A stretch of 64,000 nucleotides of DNA from the NCBI GenBank assembly GCA_964408775.1, contig CAYPAP010000001.1, forward strand, positions 21,404 through 85,403, in the 5' to 3' direction. The notes under the pieces were generated by a model. The model did no database searches. It was not told the DNA's origin and saw nothing but the letters and a program-made list of their open reading frames with translations. This DNA is from an uncultured Gammaproteobacteria bacterium. Its GTDB lineage: Bacteria > Patescibacteriota > Patescibacteriia > Patescibacteriales > UBA12465. Both the position numbers and the translations under genes were made by a program. Of this stretch, positions 11,445 to 20,575 are shown piece by piece; positions within the stretch are counted from its first letter, which is position 1; each line of letters starts with the position of its first letter.

Positions 11445-11501
11445 ATTGAATTAATACTTCCATTATAGCAAAAAAAAATAAATTAACAATAACAAAGAAA
11501 A

Positions 11502-12608
11502 TTATTTATTTTTATTTTTTAGAACAAAACTCAAATACGCTTCAATAAATTCATCCAAGTATCCATCCATCACCTCATCTATTTTATTAGTCGAAAAATT
11601 GGTTCGATGATCCTTGACCATTTGATAGGGCTGAAAAACATAGGAGCGAATTTGTTTTCCCCAAGTTCCCTGTCCAGCATCGCCTTTTATTTTCTTGATA
11701 TTACTATCTATTTCCTCCTGTTGATTTTGGTATAATTTGGCTCGTAATATATCCATCGCCTTATCCTTATTTTGATGTTGCGATCTCTCGCTCTGACAAG
11801 CAACAGAAATTCCCGTAGGAACATGGACAATTCTAACGGCCGAATCCGTGGTATTTACACCTTGCCCACCGGGACCTGAAGATTTATAAGTATCAATTTT
11901 TAATTCGTTATCATTAATTTCTATTAAATTTTCATCTTTTATCTCGGGAATAACCTCCACTCCAGCAAAAGAGGTGTGGCGCATTGACTCAGCATCAAAG
12001 GGAGATATTCGCACCAAACGATGCACTCCATTTTCACTTTTTAAATAACCATAAGCATAGAGACCACTAATTTTTAAAACTGAGCTTTTTATACCAGCTT
12101 CATTCGCCGTACTTCTGTCTAATATTTCCACTTTAAAATTTTTCTTTTCAGCAAAACGCAGATACATTCGCTCCAATATTTCCGCCCAATCACAAGCATC
12201 TACTCCACCACTACCAGCATGAATTGATAAAATGGCCCCACTATCATCGTCCTTGCCAGAAAACATTAATAAAAATTCCAAATCTTTAAATTTGACCTCT
12301 AACTCTTCTAATTTATTAGAAACATCGCTATAAACAGAGTCATCATTATACTGTCCAGCTAAAGCCGCTAACTCTTCGGCAGATCTAACCTCGTCTTCGA
12401 TCTCCTCAAAACGACTTATTTCTGATTTTAAATTCTCTGCTTTCTGACTTATTTTTACAGCCCCCTCTCGATCATCCCAAAAATTATTTTGAGAAATCAA
12501 AAAATTTAACTCATTCCACTGGGCTTTTTTCTTTTCAATATTCAGGGTTTCTTTAACTTTAATAATATCCTCCCTTAAATCATTCAATTTTTTTACTAAA
12601 TTATCCAT
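11502..12608 (-). CDS. prfB: peptide chain release factor 2 (single ORF, no frameshift)
   Basis: SPF recognition motif and GGQ motif. Confidence 0.97.
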   Translation of the reverse strand: MDNLVKKLNDLREDIIKVKETLNIEKKKAQWNELNFLISQNNFWDDREGAVKISQKAENLKSEISRFEEIEDEVRSAEELAALAGQYNDDSVYSDVSNKLEELEVKFKDLEFLLMFSGKDDDSGAILSIHAGSGGVDACDWAEILERMYLRFAEKKNFKVEILDRSTANEAGIKSSVLKISGLYAYGYLKSENGVHRLVRISPFDAESMRHTSFAGVEVIPEIKDENLIEINDNELKIDTYKSSGPGGQGVNTTDSAVRIVHVPTGISVACQSERSQHQNKDKAMDILRAKLYQNQQEEIDSNIKKIKGDAGQGTWGKQIRSYVFQPYQMVKDHRTNFSTNKIDEVMDGYLDEFIEAYLSFVLKNKNK

Positions 12609-13848
12609 TTAAACTTTTTTTTAATTTTTCCACTAACTTGTCTAATCCTATCCCCCTAGAGGCCTTCACTAAAACAACGTCTCTTTCTGATATTTTTTCA
12701 TTTACTAGGTCAAAAACACCTTCGATATTATCAAAACTAAAAACATTCTTCTCAGAAAGCCCAGTATCAATAGCTCCCCTGGCTGTTTCCAGGCTCTCTT
12801 CTCCTATGGTTATTAGAATATCAACACCGGCCTCTCTTGCTCTCTCTCCGACCAAGTAATGCCCCTCCTTAGAATAATCCCCCAGCTCTAACATGTCACC
12901 AAGTACAAAAATCTTTTTAGCAAAATTATTTTTCATCTCCTTCATTGTTTTCAAGGCACTAAAAGCTGACTCAGGTGAAGCATTATAAGCATCATTAATA
13001 ATTACACTATTTTTTATACCTGACAAAACCTCCATTCTCCCTGGGACAGGTGGAATCTCTTTAAGATGATTAGACACTTCTAATAAATTTAAATTAAAAT
13101 ATGAAGATATCGCTAGAGAAACTAAAACCGAATAAACCATGTGATAACTAACAACCACCGGTAAAAAAACAGGGACGACAGAGCCTTGATAAAAAAGCTT
13201 GAAACTAATACCAAAGGTGTCTCTTGAGGATAAATTGTCCGGCAAGGACAAGGAAATATCCTTAGCCCAAAAATCAGCCCCCTCCTCCAGACCATAAGTA
13301 AGACATTTACTTTTTATCTCTTTAGGTAATTCTTTTAAATATTTATTATCAAAATTTAATATTGCTAAACCATCTTTTTTTAAATTTTTAACTAACTTGG
13401 ATTTTTCATTTTTAATTTTTTCTAGAGTTCCAAAATATTCCAAATGGGAGTGAGAAATATTCGTCAAAATTCCAATATTAGGCTTAACAATGGATAATAA
13501 ATAGTCCATATCACCCTCTCTATCAATCCCCATCTCTAAAATTAAAATTTCAGGATAATTTTTATCTTTAAGTAATAATAATTTTTTAGCTCTCCAAAAA
13601 ACCTTTATCCATCCCCAGGGATTCTTCCCGGGAGATTCTACACCAATAATTGAAAGTGGAAGACCGAACTCGTTATTATAATTTTTCATACTAGATCTAA
13701 CTCTAAAATTGTTAGACAAAACAAAATTAAGCACCTCCTTGGTGCTGGTTTTACCCACACTACCCGTTATGCCAATAACCTGAGGTTGATACTTCTTTAT
13801 AATTAACCTAGAAAACAAGGCTAATATTTTCATTATAATTTTTTTCAT
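12601..13848 (-). CDS. murF: UDP-N-acetylmuramoyl-tripeptide--D-Ala-D-Ala ligase
   Basis: GITGSVGKTSTK, NYNNEFGLP, DAYNASPES, LGDMLELG, VKASR. Confidence 0.93.
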   Translation of the reverse strand: MKKIIMKILALFSRLIIKKYQPQVIGITGSVGKTSTKEVLNFVLSNNFRVRSSMKNYNNEFGLPLSIIGVESPGKNPWGWIKVFWRAKKLLLLKDKNYPEILILEMGIDREGDMDYLLSIVKPNIGILTNISHSHLEYFGTLEKIKNEKSKLVKNLKKDGLAILNFDNKYLKELPKEIKSKCLTYGLEEGADFWAKDISLSLPDNLSSRDTFGISFKLFYQGSVVPVFLPVVVSYHMVYSVLVSLAISSYFNLNLLEVSNHLKEIPPVPGRMEVLSGIKNSVIINDAYNASPESAFSALKTMKEMKNNFAKKIFVLGDMLELGDYSKEGHYLVGERAREAGVDILITIGEESLETARGAIDTGLSEKNVFSFDNIEGVFDLVNEKISERDVVLVKASRGIGLDKLVEKLKKSLNG

Positions 13849-13880
13849 ATTTATTATCTAATATTATATATTACTCAATA

Positions 13881-15974
13881 TTATCTAGTTTTTGGAATCT
13901 GATAATATTTTAACAGAAAATCGGTAATTTCACCAAATACTGAAACAACCGTTCCCTCGGCAAAAACTGAAGTATTAGGATTATCAAATTTAACCAATAA
14001 AACAAATTCGGGGTCTTCAATGGGGCCGTAACCCAGAAAATTATGGACGTATTGACCGCTTAAATAGCCTCCCCGGGGTGAAGGAATCTGAGCTGTTCCA
14101 GTTTTTCCCCCAATATAATAACCTTCAATTTGGGATCTCTTAGCGTGACCATTTTCTACCACGTTAACCAGCATAGCAGAAACGGTCTCGGCTGTTTCCT
14201 CTGAAATAACGCGACGAACAATCTGTGGCTCAGTCTTTTTGATAACATTACCTTGATCGTCTGTTATCTCATCTACTATATAGGGCTTCATCAAAACACC
14301 CTTATTAGCAATAGCCGAATAGGCCGAAATCATCTGTAATGGAGTAACGGCTATCCCCTGCCCAAAAGAAGCCGTAGTAAAGTCAATATCCTTAACATTA
14401 TTAACTAGTAAGTTTTTAATATTGCCCGAAACTTCTCCGCTCAACTCAATTCCAGTTCTATCATTAAAACCAAACTTTTTTAAATAATCAGAAAACATCT
14501 GAGGTCCAACCTGATTGGCCGCAAAAATAGCTCCTGTATTTAAAGAATTTTCTAAAACATAATTCATATCCACCAAACCATGACCGCCCTTAGTGCTAAA
14601 ATCAGAATTACTAATTGGCTTTGGCCAACCCTTAATATTAATTTGTCCATAATCAGTATATAGAGTTTTAGGGGTTATTTTACCCTGATCAATAGCAATA
14701 GCCATGGTTATAGTTTTAAAAACCGACCCAGGCTCATATTGATGTGAAATAGCAGTATTATCAAATAAACTTGACTCTTCAACTTCCTGATAATTATTAG
14801 GATCGAATCCAGGCCACAAACACATTGCAACTATCTGACCATTTTTAGGATTCATTACTATAATACTACCACTGCTAAATTGATGTTTCTTTTGAGCCTC
14901 TTCTAACTTCTGGCAAACACTAGTCTGAACTCCGTAATCAATGGTCAAGACTAAATTGTTACCATTAACCGGAGCCTGATACTCTCTTTTATCAATAATT
15001 ATCTTTTCGCCTCGATAACTACCCTTATCACCTAATAAAAAACCATCTTGACCCTGTAAGTAACTATTGAAGTATCCCTCCAATCCATAGTTTCCGACAT
15101 TTTCCATATTAGAAAAACCTAAAACATTGGACAGCATAGTTTTTTCTGGATAATAGCGAAAAACCTCCCACTCAAGATGAAAACCTCTAATTTCCAAGCT
15201 AATATCGCGACCATCTGGTAAAAAAATATGTCCCTTTTTCACACTCAAATCCGCGGGTGATTCTATGGAAAATTTATCTTTTAAGACTGAAAAGTAAAAT
15301 TTAATCAAATCTTCTCGCTCCACTTTTCTTTTCAGTAAACGTGAATATTTTTCCTTAACATTAACTCTATTAAAATAATCACTAATAATAATTTGCTTTC
15401 TCTCATTTATTTCTAACTCCCTTTTAACAGTTCGAAATTCCAGCCACTCTTCATTTCTCTTTAGCACATCATGTCGAACGGCCACCTCTTGCTTTTTTAG
15501 GGCCCTCTCTTCCTCCGACAAAGAAAGACTGTCGACATATTTTAATTCATCCTCTAATTCTTTTTTATCTTGTTCTTCTAAAATTTTATCCACCTCCCGC
15601 TCAACCTCGTCTTTATGAAAAACAATATAGACATGCTCTAAAATATCTAAAATCTCCTCTTCATATAAAGCTCTAGGATTTATATACATAGCAGCATATT
15701 CTTTATTAACAGCCAATGGATGAAGACTGGAATCATTTTGTTTTAAATAAATTTCTCCTCTTCGTGCTAATAATTCACTATAAATATTGTGTTGCTGCTC
15801 CGCCCTAGCTACATATTTTTCACCATTGATAATTTGAATAGAATAAAGTTTGTAGATTAAGGAGGCGAAAATTAAAAAAATAATCGCTAATAAATAATTG
15901 AGGCGATTATTATTGAAACCCTTTTTATTAATATTTCTAGCCCTATCCTTTCTTTTCGAAAAATCGGAGGTCAT
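13881..15974 (-). CDS. ftsI: class B penicillin-binding protein (FtsI-like transpeptidase)
   Basis: SVFK, SLN and KTG catalytic motifs; N-terminal TM; dcw-cluster position. Confidence 0.88.
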   Translation of the reverse strand: MTSDFSKRKDRARNINKKGFNNNRLNYLLAIIFLIFASLIYKLYSIQIINGEKYVARAEQQHNIYSELLARRGEIYLKQNDSSLHPLAVNKEYAAMYINPRALYEEEILDILEHVYIVFHKDEVEREVDKILEEQDKKELEDELKYVDSLSLSEEERALKKQEVAVRHDVLKRNEEWLEFRTVKRELEINERKQIIISDYFNRVNVKEKYSRLLKRKVEREDLIKFYFSVLKDKFSIESPADLSVKKGHIFLPDGRDISLEIRGFHLEWEVFRYYPEKTMLSNVLGFSNMENVGNYGLEGYFNSYLQGQDGFLLGDKGSYRGEKIIIDKREYQAPVNGNNLVLTIDYGVQTSVCQKLEEAQKKHQFSSGSIIVMNPKNGQIVAMCLWPGFDPNNYQEVEESSLFDNTAISHQYEPGSVFKTITMAIAIDQGKITPKTLYTDYGQINIKGWPKPISNSDFSTKGGHGLVDMNYVLENSLNTGAIFAANQVGPQMFSDYLKKFGFNDRTGIELSGEVSGNIKNLLVNNVKDIDFTTASFGQGIAVTPLQMISAYSAIANKGVLMKPYIVDEITDDQGNVIKKTEPQIVRRVISEETAETVSAMLVNVVENGHAKRSQIEGYYIGGKTGTAQIPSPRGGYLSGQYVHNFLGYGPIEDPEFVLLVKFDNPNTSVFAEGTVVSVFGEITDFLLKYYQIPKTR

Positions 15975-15997
15975 CTTTAATAAATTTAATTCTAATT

Positions 15998-16303
15998 TTA
16001 TTTTTTAGCCAAAGAATCGTCACCTGCACTGATATAATCAATTTCAGAAACCTTAACCATACTCAAATCCTTGAGACGAGAACTAACATTCTCATAGGAT
16101 TCTAAGGAATTCTTTTTCAACTCCATATCACGCCTTTCTTCATTTAATAGGTTTAGCCTAGCCTTTGATTGCTCTAATTCTAAATTCTTTATCATCACAT
16201 CGTCCATACTCTTTAGAAAGAAAAATCCACCGACCAAAAGAAGCAGAACTAAACACAGATTAAAGGCTCCAAACAAACTATTTTTTCTTTTTCCTGTTTT
16301 CAT
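15998..16303 (-). CDS. FtsL-like cell division protein
   Basis: TM helix plus coiled coil, between rsmH and the PBP. Confidence 0.65.
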   Translation of the reverse strand: MKTGKRKNSLFGAFNLCLVLLLLVGGFFFLKSMDDVMIKNLELEQSKARLNLLNEERRDMELKKNSLESYENVSSRLKDLSMVKVSEIDYISAGDDSLAKK

Positions 16304-16351
16304 ATTTTTATTGAATTAACTTAATTATTTCAATAATCAAGTTAACTTTAT

Positions 16352-17245
16352 TTATAATTTTTCAATAGCTCTTAATTTGGCGCTACGTGAGCGAGGGTTG
16401 CTGCTTAATTCTTCATTTCCAGGAGTTAAAGGTTTGTTGGTTAATATTTTTAAAATTGGTTTTTCTTGTCTCGCTAGATCTTTAAAAAAATTTTTTACGA
16501 TCCTATCTTCTAGGCTATGAAAGGACACTACTACTAAGCGACCACCTTTTTTTAATAATTTGATACTAGCTGGGAGAAATTTTTCTAAACTTTCTAACTC
16601 TTTGTTAGTCTCCATTCTCAGGGCCTGGAAAGTTTTGGTGGCTGGATGTATTTTTCTGGGCCAAAATTTTCTAGGGATAGAGGCTTTTACAATCTCAACT
16701 AAGTCTTGAGTGGTTTTTATTTTATTCTTTCTGCGATGAAGAACAATATTATGAGCGATTCTCCTGGCCCAAGGCTCTTGACCGTACTCTTTTATAACTC
16801 TTTCTAAATCTTTTATATTATAATTACTAACAATAAATCTAGTGTCTGTTAAAATTTGGGGGCCGAACGACATATCCAAGTCGCTATCGTTTAAAAATGA
16901 GAACCCCCTGCTATCATCATCCAATTGAGCTGAGGATAGGCCCAGGTCAACCACAATTCCATCAAATTTCATCCCCTTTTTATTTTTAAGAACAATTTCC
17001 TCTAGATTAGAAAAATTATCATTAACAACAATTACATTTTTATATTCATTTTTTAAAAAATTATCTACAGCTAGGGGGTCTAGATCTATGGAAATTAGAG
17101 TACCCTTGTCCCCTATCTTTTCGGAGATTATCTTTGAATAACCTCCTCCACCCAAAGTTCCGTCAATATAATTGCCTGAGGCCTTAATGTCCAAAAAGTC
17201 GAGCGCTTCTTTGAGCATAACTGGGATGTGAGAATAATTACTCAT
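16352..17245 (-). CDS. rsmH: 16S rRNA m4C1402 methyltransferase
   Basis: HIPVM, DGTLGGGG, DLGLSS, SFHSLEDRIVK, NPRSRSAKLR; start at 17245. Confidence 0.97.
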   Translation of the reverse strand: MSNYSHIPVMLKEALDFLDIKASGNYIDGTLGGGGYSKIISEKIGDKGTLISIDLDPLAVDNFLKNEYKNVIVVNDNFSNLEEIVLKNKKGMKFDGIVVDLGLSSAQLDDDSRGFSFLNDSDLDMSFGPQILTDTRFIVSNYNIKDLERVIKEYGQEPWARRIAHNIVLHRRKNKIKTTQDLVEIVKASIPRKFWPRKIHPATKTFQALRMETNKELESLEKFLPASIKLLKKGGRLVVVSFHSLEDRIVKNFFKDLARQEKPILKILTNKPLTPGNEELSSNPRSRSAKLRAIEKL

Positions 17246-17255
17246 ATATCCCAAA

Positions 17256-17687
17256 TTAAATTCCCAACTCTCCCAACTCCTCGGCAATGGCATTACTATT
17301 TTTTTCTGATTCCTTCTTATAATCGCTCCATCTATCTTTATCCCAAATTTCTAAATGATTGTACAAACCAGCAACAATTACGCTTTTTTTTAAATTAGAA
17401 AAATCACGCAAGTATTCTGGTAGAGTCACTCTTCCCTGACTATCAAATTCTAACTCCATAGCTCCAGCTAACAAGTGACGAGCAAAAGCCCTGGCCTTAG
17501 CCTGGCTAATAGGAAGAGTCGCTAATTTCTGAGCAATCTTCTCCCATTGATCTTTTGTGTATAAAAATAAACAATTATCCAAACCCTTAGTAACGACCCC
17601 GCCTTTCTTTAGCAAAGCCCTAAACTTAGCCGGAATAGCCAATCTACCCTTTTCATCTAAGTTGTGATTGTATTCTCCGATAAACAT
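17256..17687 (-). CDS. mraZ: division/cell wall cluster transcriptional repressor MraZ
   Basis: MFIGEYNHNLDEKGRLAIP and DSQGRV repeats. Confidence 0.98.
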   Translation of the reverse strand: MFIGEYNHNLDEKGRLAIPAKFRALLKKGGVVTKGLDNCLFLYTKDQWEKIAQKLATLPISQAKARAFARHLLAGAMELEFDSQGRVTLPEYLRDFSNLKKSVIVAGLYNHLEIWDKDRWSDYKKESEKNSNAIAEELGELGI

Positions 17688-17770
17688 AAAGGTTAAAATA
17701 ATTGTTTATTTTTTATATTTTGTATATTTTGCTAGGGTTTCAATTTTTCCTTTTTAATATCTAAATGGAA

Positions 17771-17826
17771 TTCCCCACTATTCCCCCTACAACTATAATT
17801 ATACACCACTTTTCCCCCTGGGTCAA
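17771..17826 (-). promoter_or_regulatory. sigma70 promoter of the dcw cluster overlapped by putative MraZ boxes
   Basis: minus strand TTGACC-N17-TATAAT (17826..17798) with interspersed GTGG/GGGG repeats. Confidence 0.8.
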
Positions 17827-17881
17827 CACTAAGTTATAACAAAAAAGCCTAGCAAAAATAGGCTTTAGAGCAATTATAAAT

Positions 17882-17918
17882 AAAAACAGGCTAACTTATT
17901 CACAGTTAGCCTGTTTTT
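17882..17918 (-). terminator. intrinsic terminator after sod
   Basis: AAAAACAGGCTAACT / AGTTAGCCTGTTTTT. Confidence 0.85.
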
Positions 17919-17978
17919 CACAAAAAACTATCTAAATCTTATCAACAAATTATAAACAGTTAATCCCCAGTTAAGGAT

Positions 17979-18581
17979 TTAGACGCTAAAAGCGTTTTTA
18001 AAATTAACCTCCATAAAATCCCAATCTAATAATTCATTTATAACAACATCCAAATACTCGGCCCTTCTATTTCTATAGTCTACATAATAAGCGTGCTCCC
18101 AAACATCTATTGTTAAGAGGGGTGTTTGCCCCTGATTTAGGGGATTGATCGCGTTAGAGGTTGAAACTATTTTCATATCCTGATTATCTAAGACGACCCA
18201 AGCCCAGCCACTGCCAAATTGAGACAGGGCAACCTTTTTTAATTCTTCCTTGAACTCAAGCAAGGAAGAAAAATGCTCTTCTATTTTTCCTAATAAAAAT
18301 TTAGAGGGCTCTTTTCTTTTTGGACTTAAACTCTGCCAATAAAAATCATGATTAAAAACTTGAGCGGCATTATTATAAACAACTTTTAAGTTTTCCTGAT
18401 TAAAAGATTTTTTTATTATTTCTATCAGGCTTTTATCTTCTAAATCAGTTCCGGAAATTAATTTTAATAGATTATCGAAATAAGATCGATGATGCTTGCC
18501 ATGATGCAGATCAAAGGTCTCATTAGAGATTCTATTAGAGAAATTAGATGGGCTATAAGGTAGTTCAAAAAGATTTAGCAT
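17979..18581 (-). CDS. sodB: Fe/Mn superoxide dismutase (Fe-type signature)
   Basis: HHGKHH, NNAAQVFNH, DVWEHAYY. Confidence 0.93.
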   Translation of the reverse strand: MLNLFELPYSPSNFSNRISNETFDLHHGKHHRSYFDNLLKLISGTDLEDKSLIEIIKKSFNQENLKVVYNNAAQVFNHDFYWQSLSPKRKEPSKFLLGKIEEHFSSLLEFKEELKKVALSQFGSGWAWVVLDNQDMKIVSTSNAINPLNQGQTPLLTIDVWEHAYYVDYRNRRAEYLDVVINELLDWDFMEVNFKNAFSV

Positions 18582-18616
18582 ACTTTTAAAAATTAATTAT
18601 TATCTATTTTTATAAA

Positions 18617-19540
18617 TTATTTATATCTTATATAATTGTCCTCCGATAAAACATCTAGCTCAGGAATAATCTCTACTCGACTGACTGAGCTGATAGAGTT
18701 AACCCAAGAGATATTAATAGCTCTCTCCTCCATTGACATTAATTCATAAACCATATATTTATTCACGCCAATAATACTATTTTGATTAAATAACACTATA
18801 GACAATGGTACTTCCCAATAATTATAGGGGCTATTGTTTTTAATCTTAAAGCTTAGACTGTTACTATTACCGGGCTCAACCTGAGAGCCACTAATAGACT
18901 CAAATTTTTCATCTAAAATGTAAAAATTAGATCTATCTTTATAATAATTTTCCCAAGCTCCATAGCGCTTAACATCTACTCTTTGCCAATTAATATTTTT
19001 AATTACAAATTTTAAATTACTAATACGACCGCTAAAATCAACTGCTAAGTTTATTAGATATTTTTCCTCTTCGGGTAAAATTGTGGACCTACCGCAAGAA
19101 ACTTCAACATCCTCACTAAGAAAGCAATAGTTAACAAAAGAGATAAAATTATCGTTGGGATTTTTTATCCTATTAACAAAATCGTACTTACCATTATGAA
19201 GAAAACTCTGTGGAGAACCAACGCTCAGTGACTCGGCTGAACGAGTGGCACCAAAATTGACCGTGATAGTTGAAAGCTCTCTTAATATTCTTAACTCTTC
19301 TGGTCTGTTTTTTATATAAGAATAAAGATTTAAAAAAACCCTAGAATACAAAAAGATGGATAGTAAAATAAGGGCTAAAATTAAGATTATAACAAAAGAC
19401 CTTCGATTTCTTATAAACCATAAACCAAAGTTTAGGCGGCGCAAAGACTCCCCCTTATCACTATTATATTTACTAAGATCTATTTCTTTTTCCGTGTCAC
19501 CACGAAAGTCTTTTTCTAAATTATTTTTTTCATTGTCCAT
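18617..19540 (-). CDS. hypothetical single-pass membrane protein
   Basis: 307-aa ORF with one TM helix and a beta-rich extracellular part. Confidence 0.75.
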   Translation of the reverse strand: MDNEKNNLEKDFRGDTEKEIDLSKYNSDKGESLRRLNFGLWFIRNRRSFVIILILALILLSIFLYSRVFLNLYSYIKNRPEELRILRELSTITVNFGATRSAESLSVGSPQSFLHNGKYDFVNRIKNPNDNFISFVNYCFLSEDVEVSCGRSTILPEEEKYLINLAVDFSGRISNLKFVIKNINWQRVDVKRYGAWENYYKDRSNFYILDEKFESISGSQVEPGNSNSLSFKIKNNSPYNYWEVPLSIVLFNQNSIIGVNKYMVYELMSMEERAINISWVNSISSVSRVEIIPELDVLSEDNYIRYK

Positions 19541-19611
19541 ATTCTTGAAAAATGTTATAATTTAATCATGCTAATATTATAACATAATTTTATAATTTTA
19601 AAAACAATTAT

Positions 19612-20457
19612 ATGAAAACCAACGTCCCCCTTAATGTCCCTAAAAAAATAAGGAAAGTTTATGAAAAAAACTTTCGACATGCAACAATGAACACTGGCAA
19701 ACTATTTTTATTTGCTGGCGATCAAAAAATTGAACACCTAAACGAAGACTTTTCTGATAAATTTAAAAACTCTGATCCCGAACATCTATTTAAAATTGCC
19801 TCGCAGGCCAAGGTTGGGGTTTTTGCTGCCCATCTAGGATTAATATCTCGTTATGGTGAAAAATATAAAAAAATCCCCTATTTGATAAAATTAAACGGAA
19901 AAAGTAATTTAGTAAAAACACAAGACCCCTTAAGTCTTTCTTTATGGTCAATCGATGATGTAATCAATTTTAAAAAACAAAGTAACTTAAATATTCTAGG
20001 TGTTGGCTATACTTTATATCTGGGAAGTGAATACGAAAATGAAATGATGGTAGAGGCAGCCAAAATCATAAACCAAGCTCACGAAAATGGGCTACTGGCT
20101 GTTTTATGGATATACCCCAGAGGAAAAAATATTAAAAATGAAAAATCTCTAGACTTGCTAGCTGGTGCGGCTGGGGTAGGCTTATGCTTGGGTGCTGATT
20201 TTATTAAACTTAACTATCCCCTGGGAGAAAGTGAAAAAGAAGCCAAAAAATTCAATAAAGTTATAATAGCTGGAGGAAATACTGGCATAATATGCTCTGG
20301 CGGATCAAAAATCAGCGAAACCAAATTGCTCAAAACTATCAAAAATCAAATAAAAATTTCAGGGGCTCGAGGATGTGCTCTTGGACGAAACATTCATCAA
20401 AACGATTTAAAAACAGCGGTTTCCCTGGCTAATAAAATCAGCAAATTAATGAAATAA
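19612..20457 (+). CDS. class I fructose-bisphosphate aldolase (DhnA/FbaB family)
   Basis: AGDQKIEH, LWIYPRG, LGADFIK (Schiff-base Lys), GRNIHQ. Confidence 0.9.
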   Translation: MKTNVPLNVPKKIRKVYEKNFRHATMNTGKLFLFAGDQKIEHLNEDFSDKFKNSDPEHLFKIASQAKVGVFAAHLGLISRYGEKYKKIPYLIKLNGKSNLVKTQDPLSLSLWSIDDVINFKKQSNLNILGVGYTLYLGSEYENEMMVEAAKIINQAHENGLLAVLWIYPRGKNIKNEKSLDLLAGAAGVGLCLGADFIKLNYPLGESEKEAKKFNKVIIAGGNTGIICSGGSKISETKLLKTIKNQIKISGARGCALGRNIHQNDLKTAVSLANKISKLMK

Positions 20458-20520
20458 AAAAACATAGTCAGGTAAAATTTTCCTAGTCTTAACCAATAAA
20501 TATAATATTCCCTAGCTAAT

Positions 20521-20550
20521 AAAAAAGTAGATCTAAAAATCTACTTTTTT
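20521..20550. terminator. bidirectional terminator between aldolase and thrS
   Basis: AAAAAAGTAGAT / ATCTACTTTTTT. Confidence 0.75.
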
Positions 20551-20575
20551 GTATACATAAAATTTAAAATACTAA

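Noticed and set aside
10116-11500. Complete DGR locus
   Set aside because: No reverse transcriptase, Avd-like gene or template repeat is visible in the window; only a candidate target is reported.
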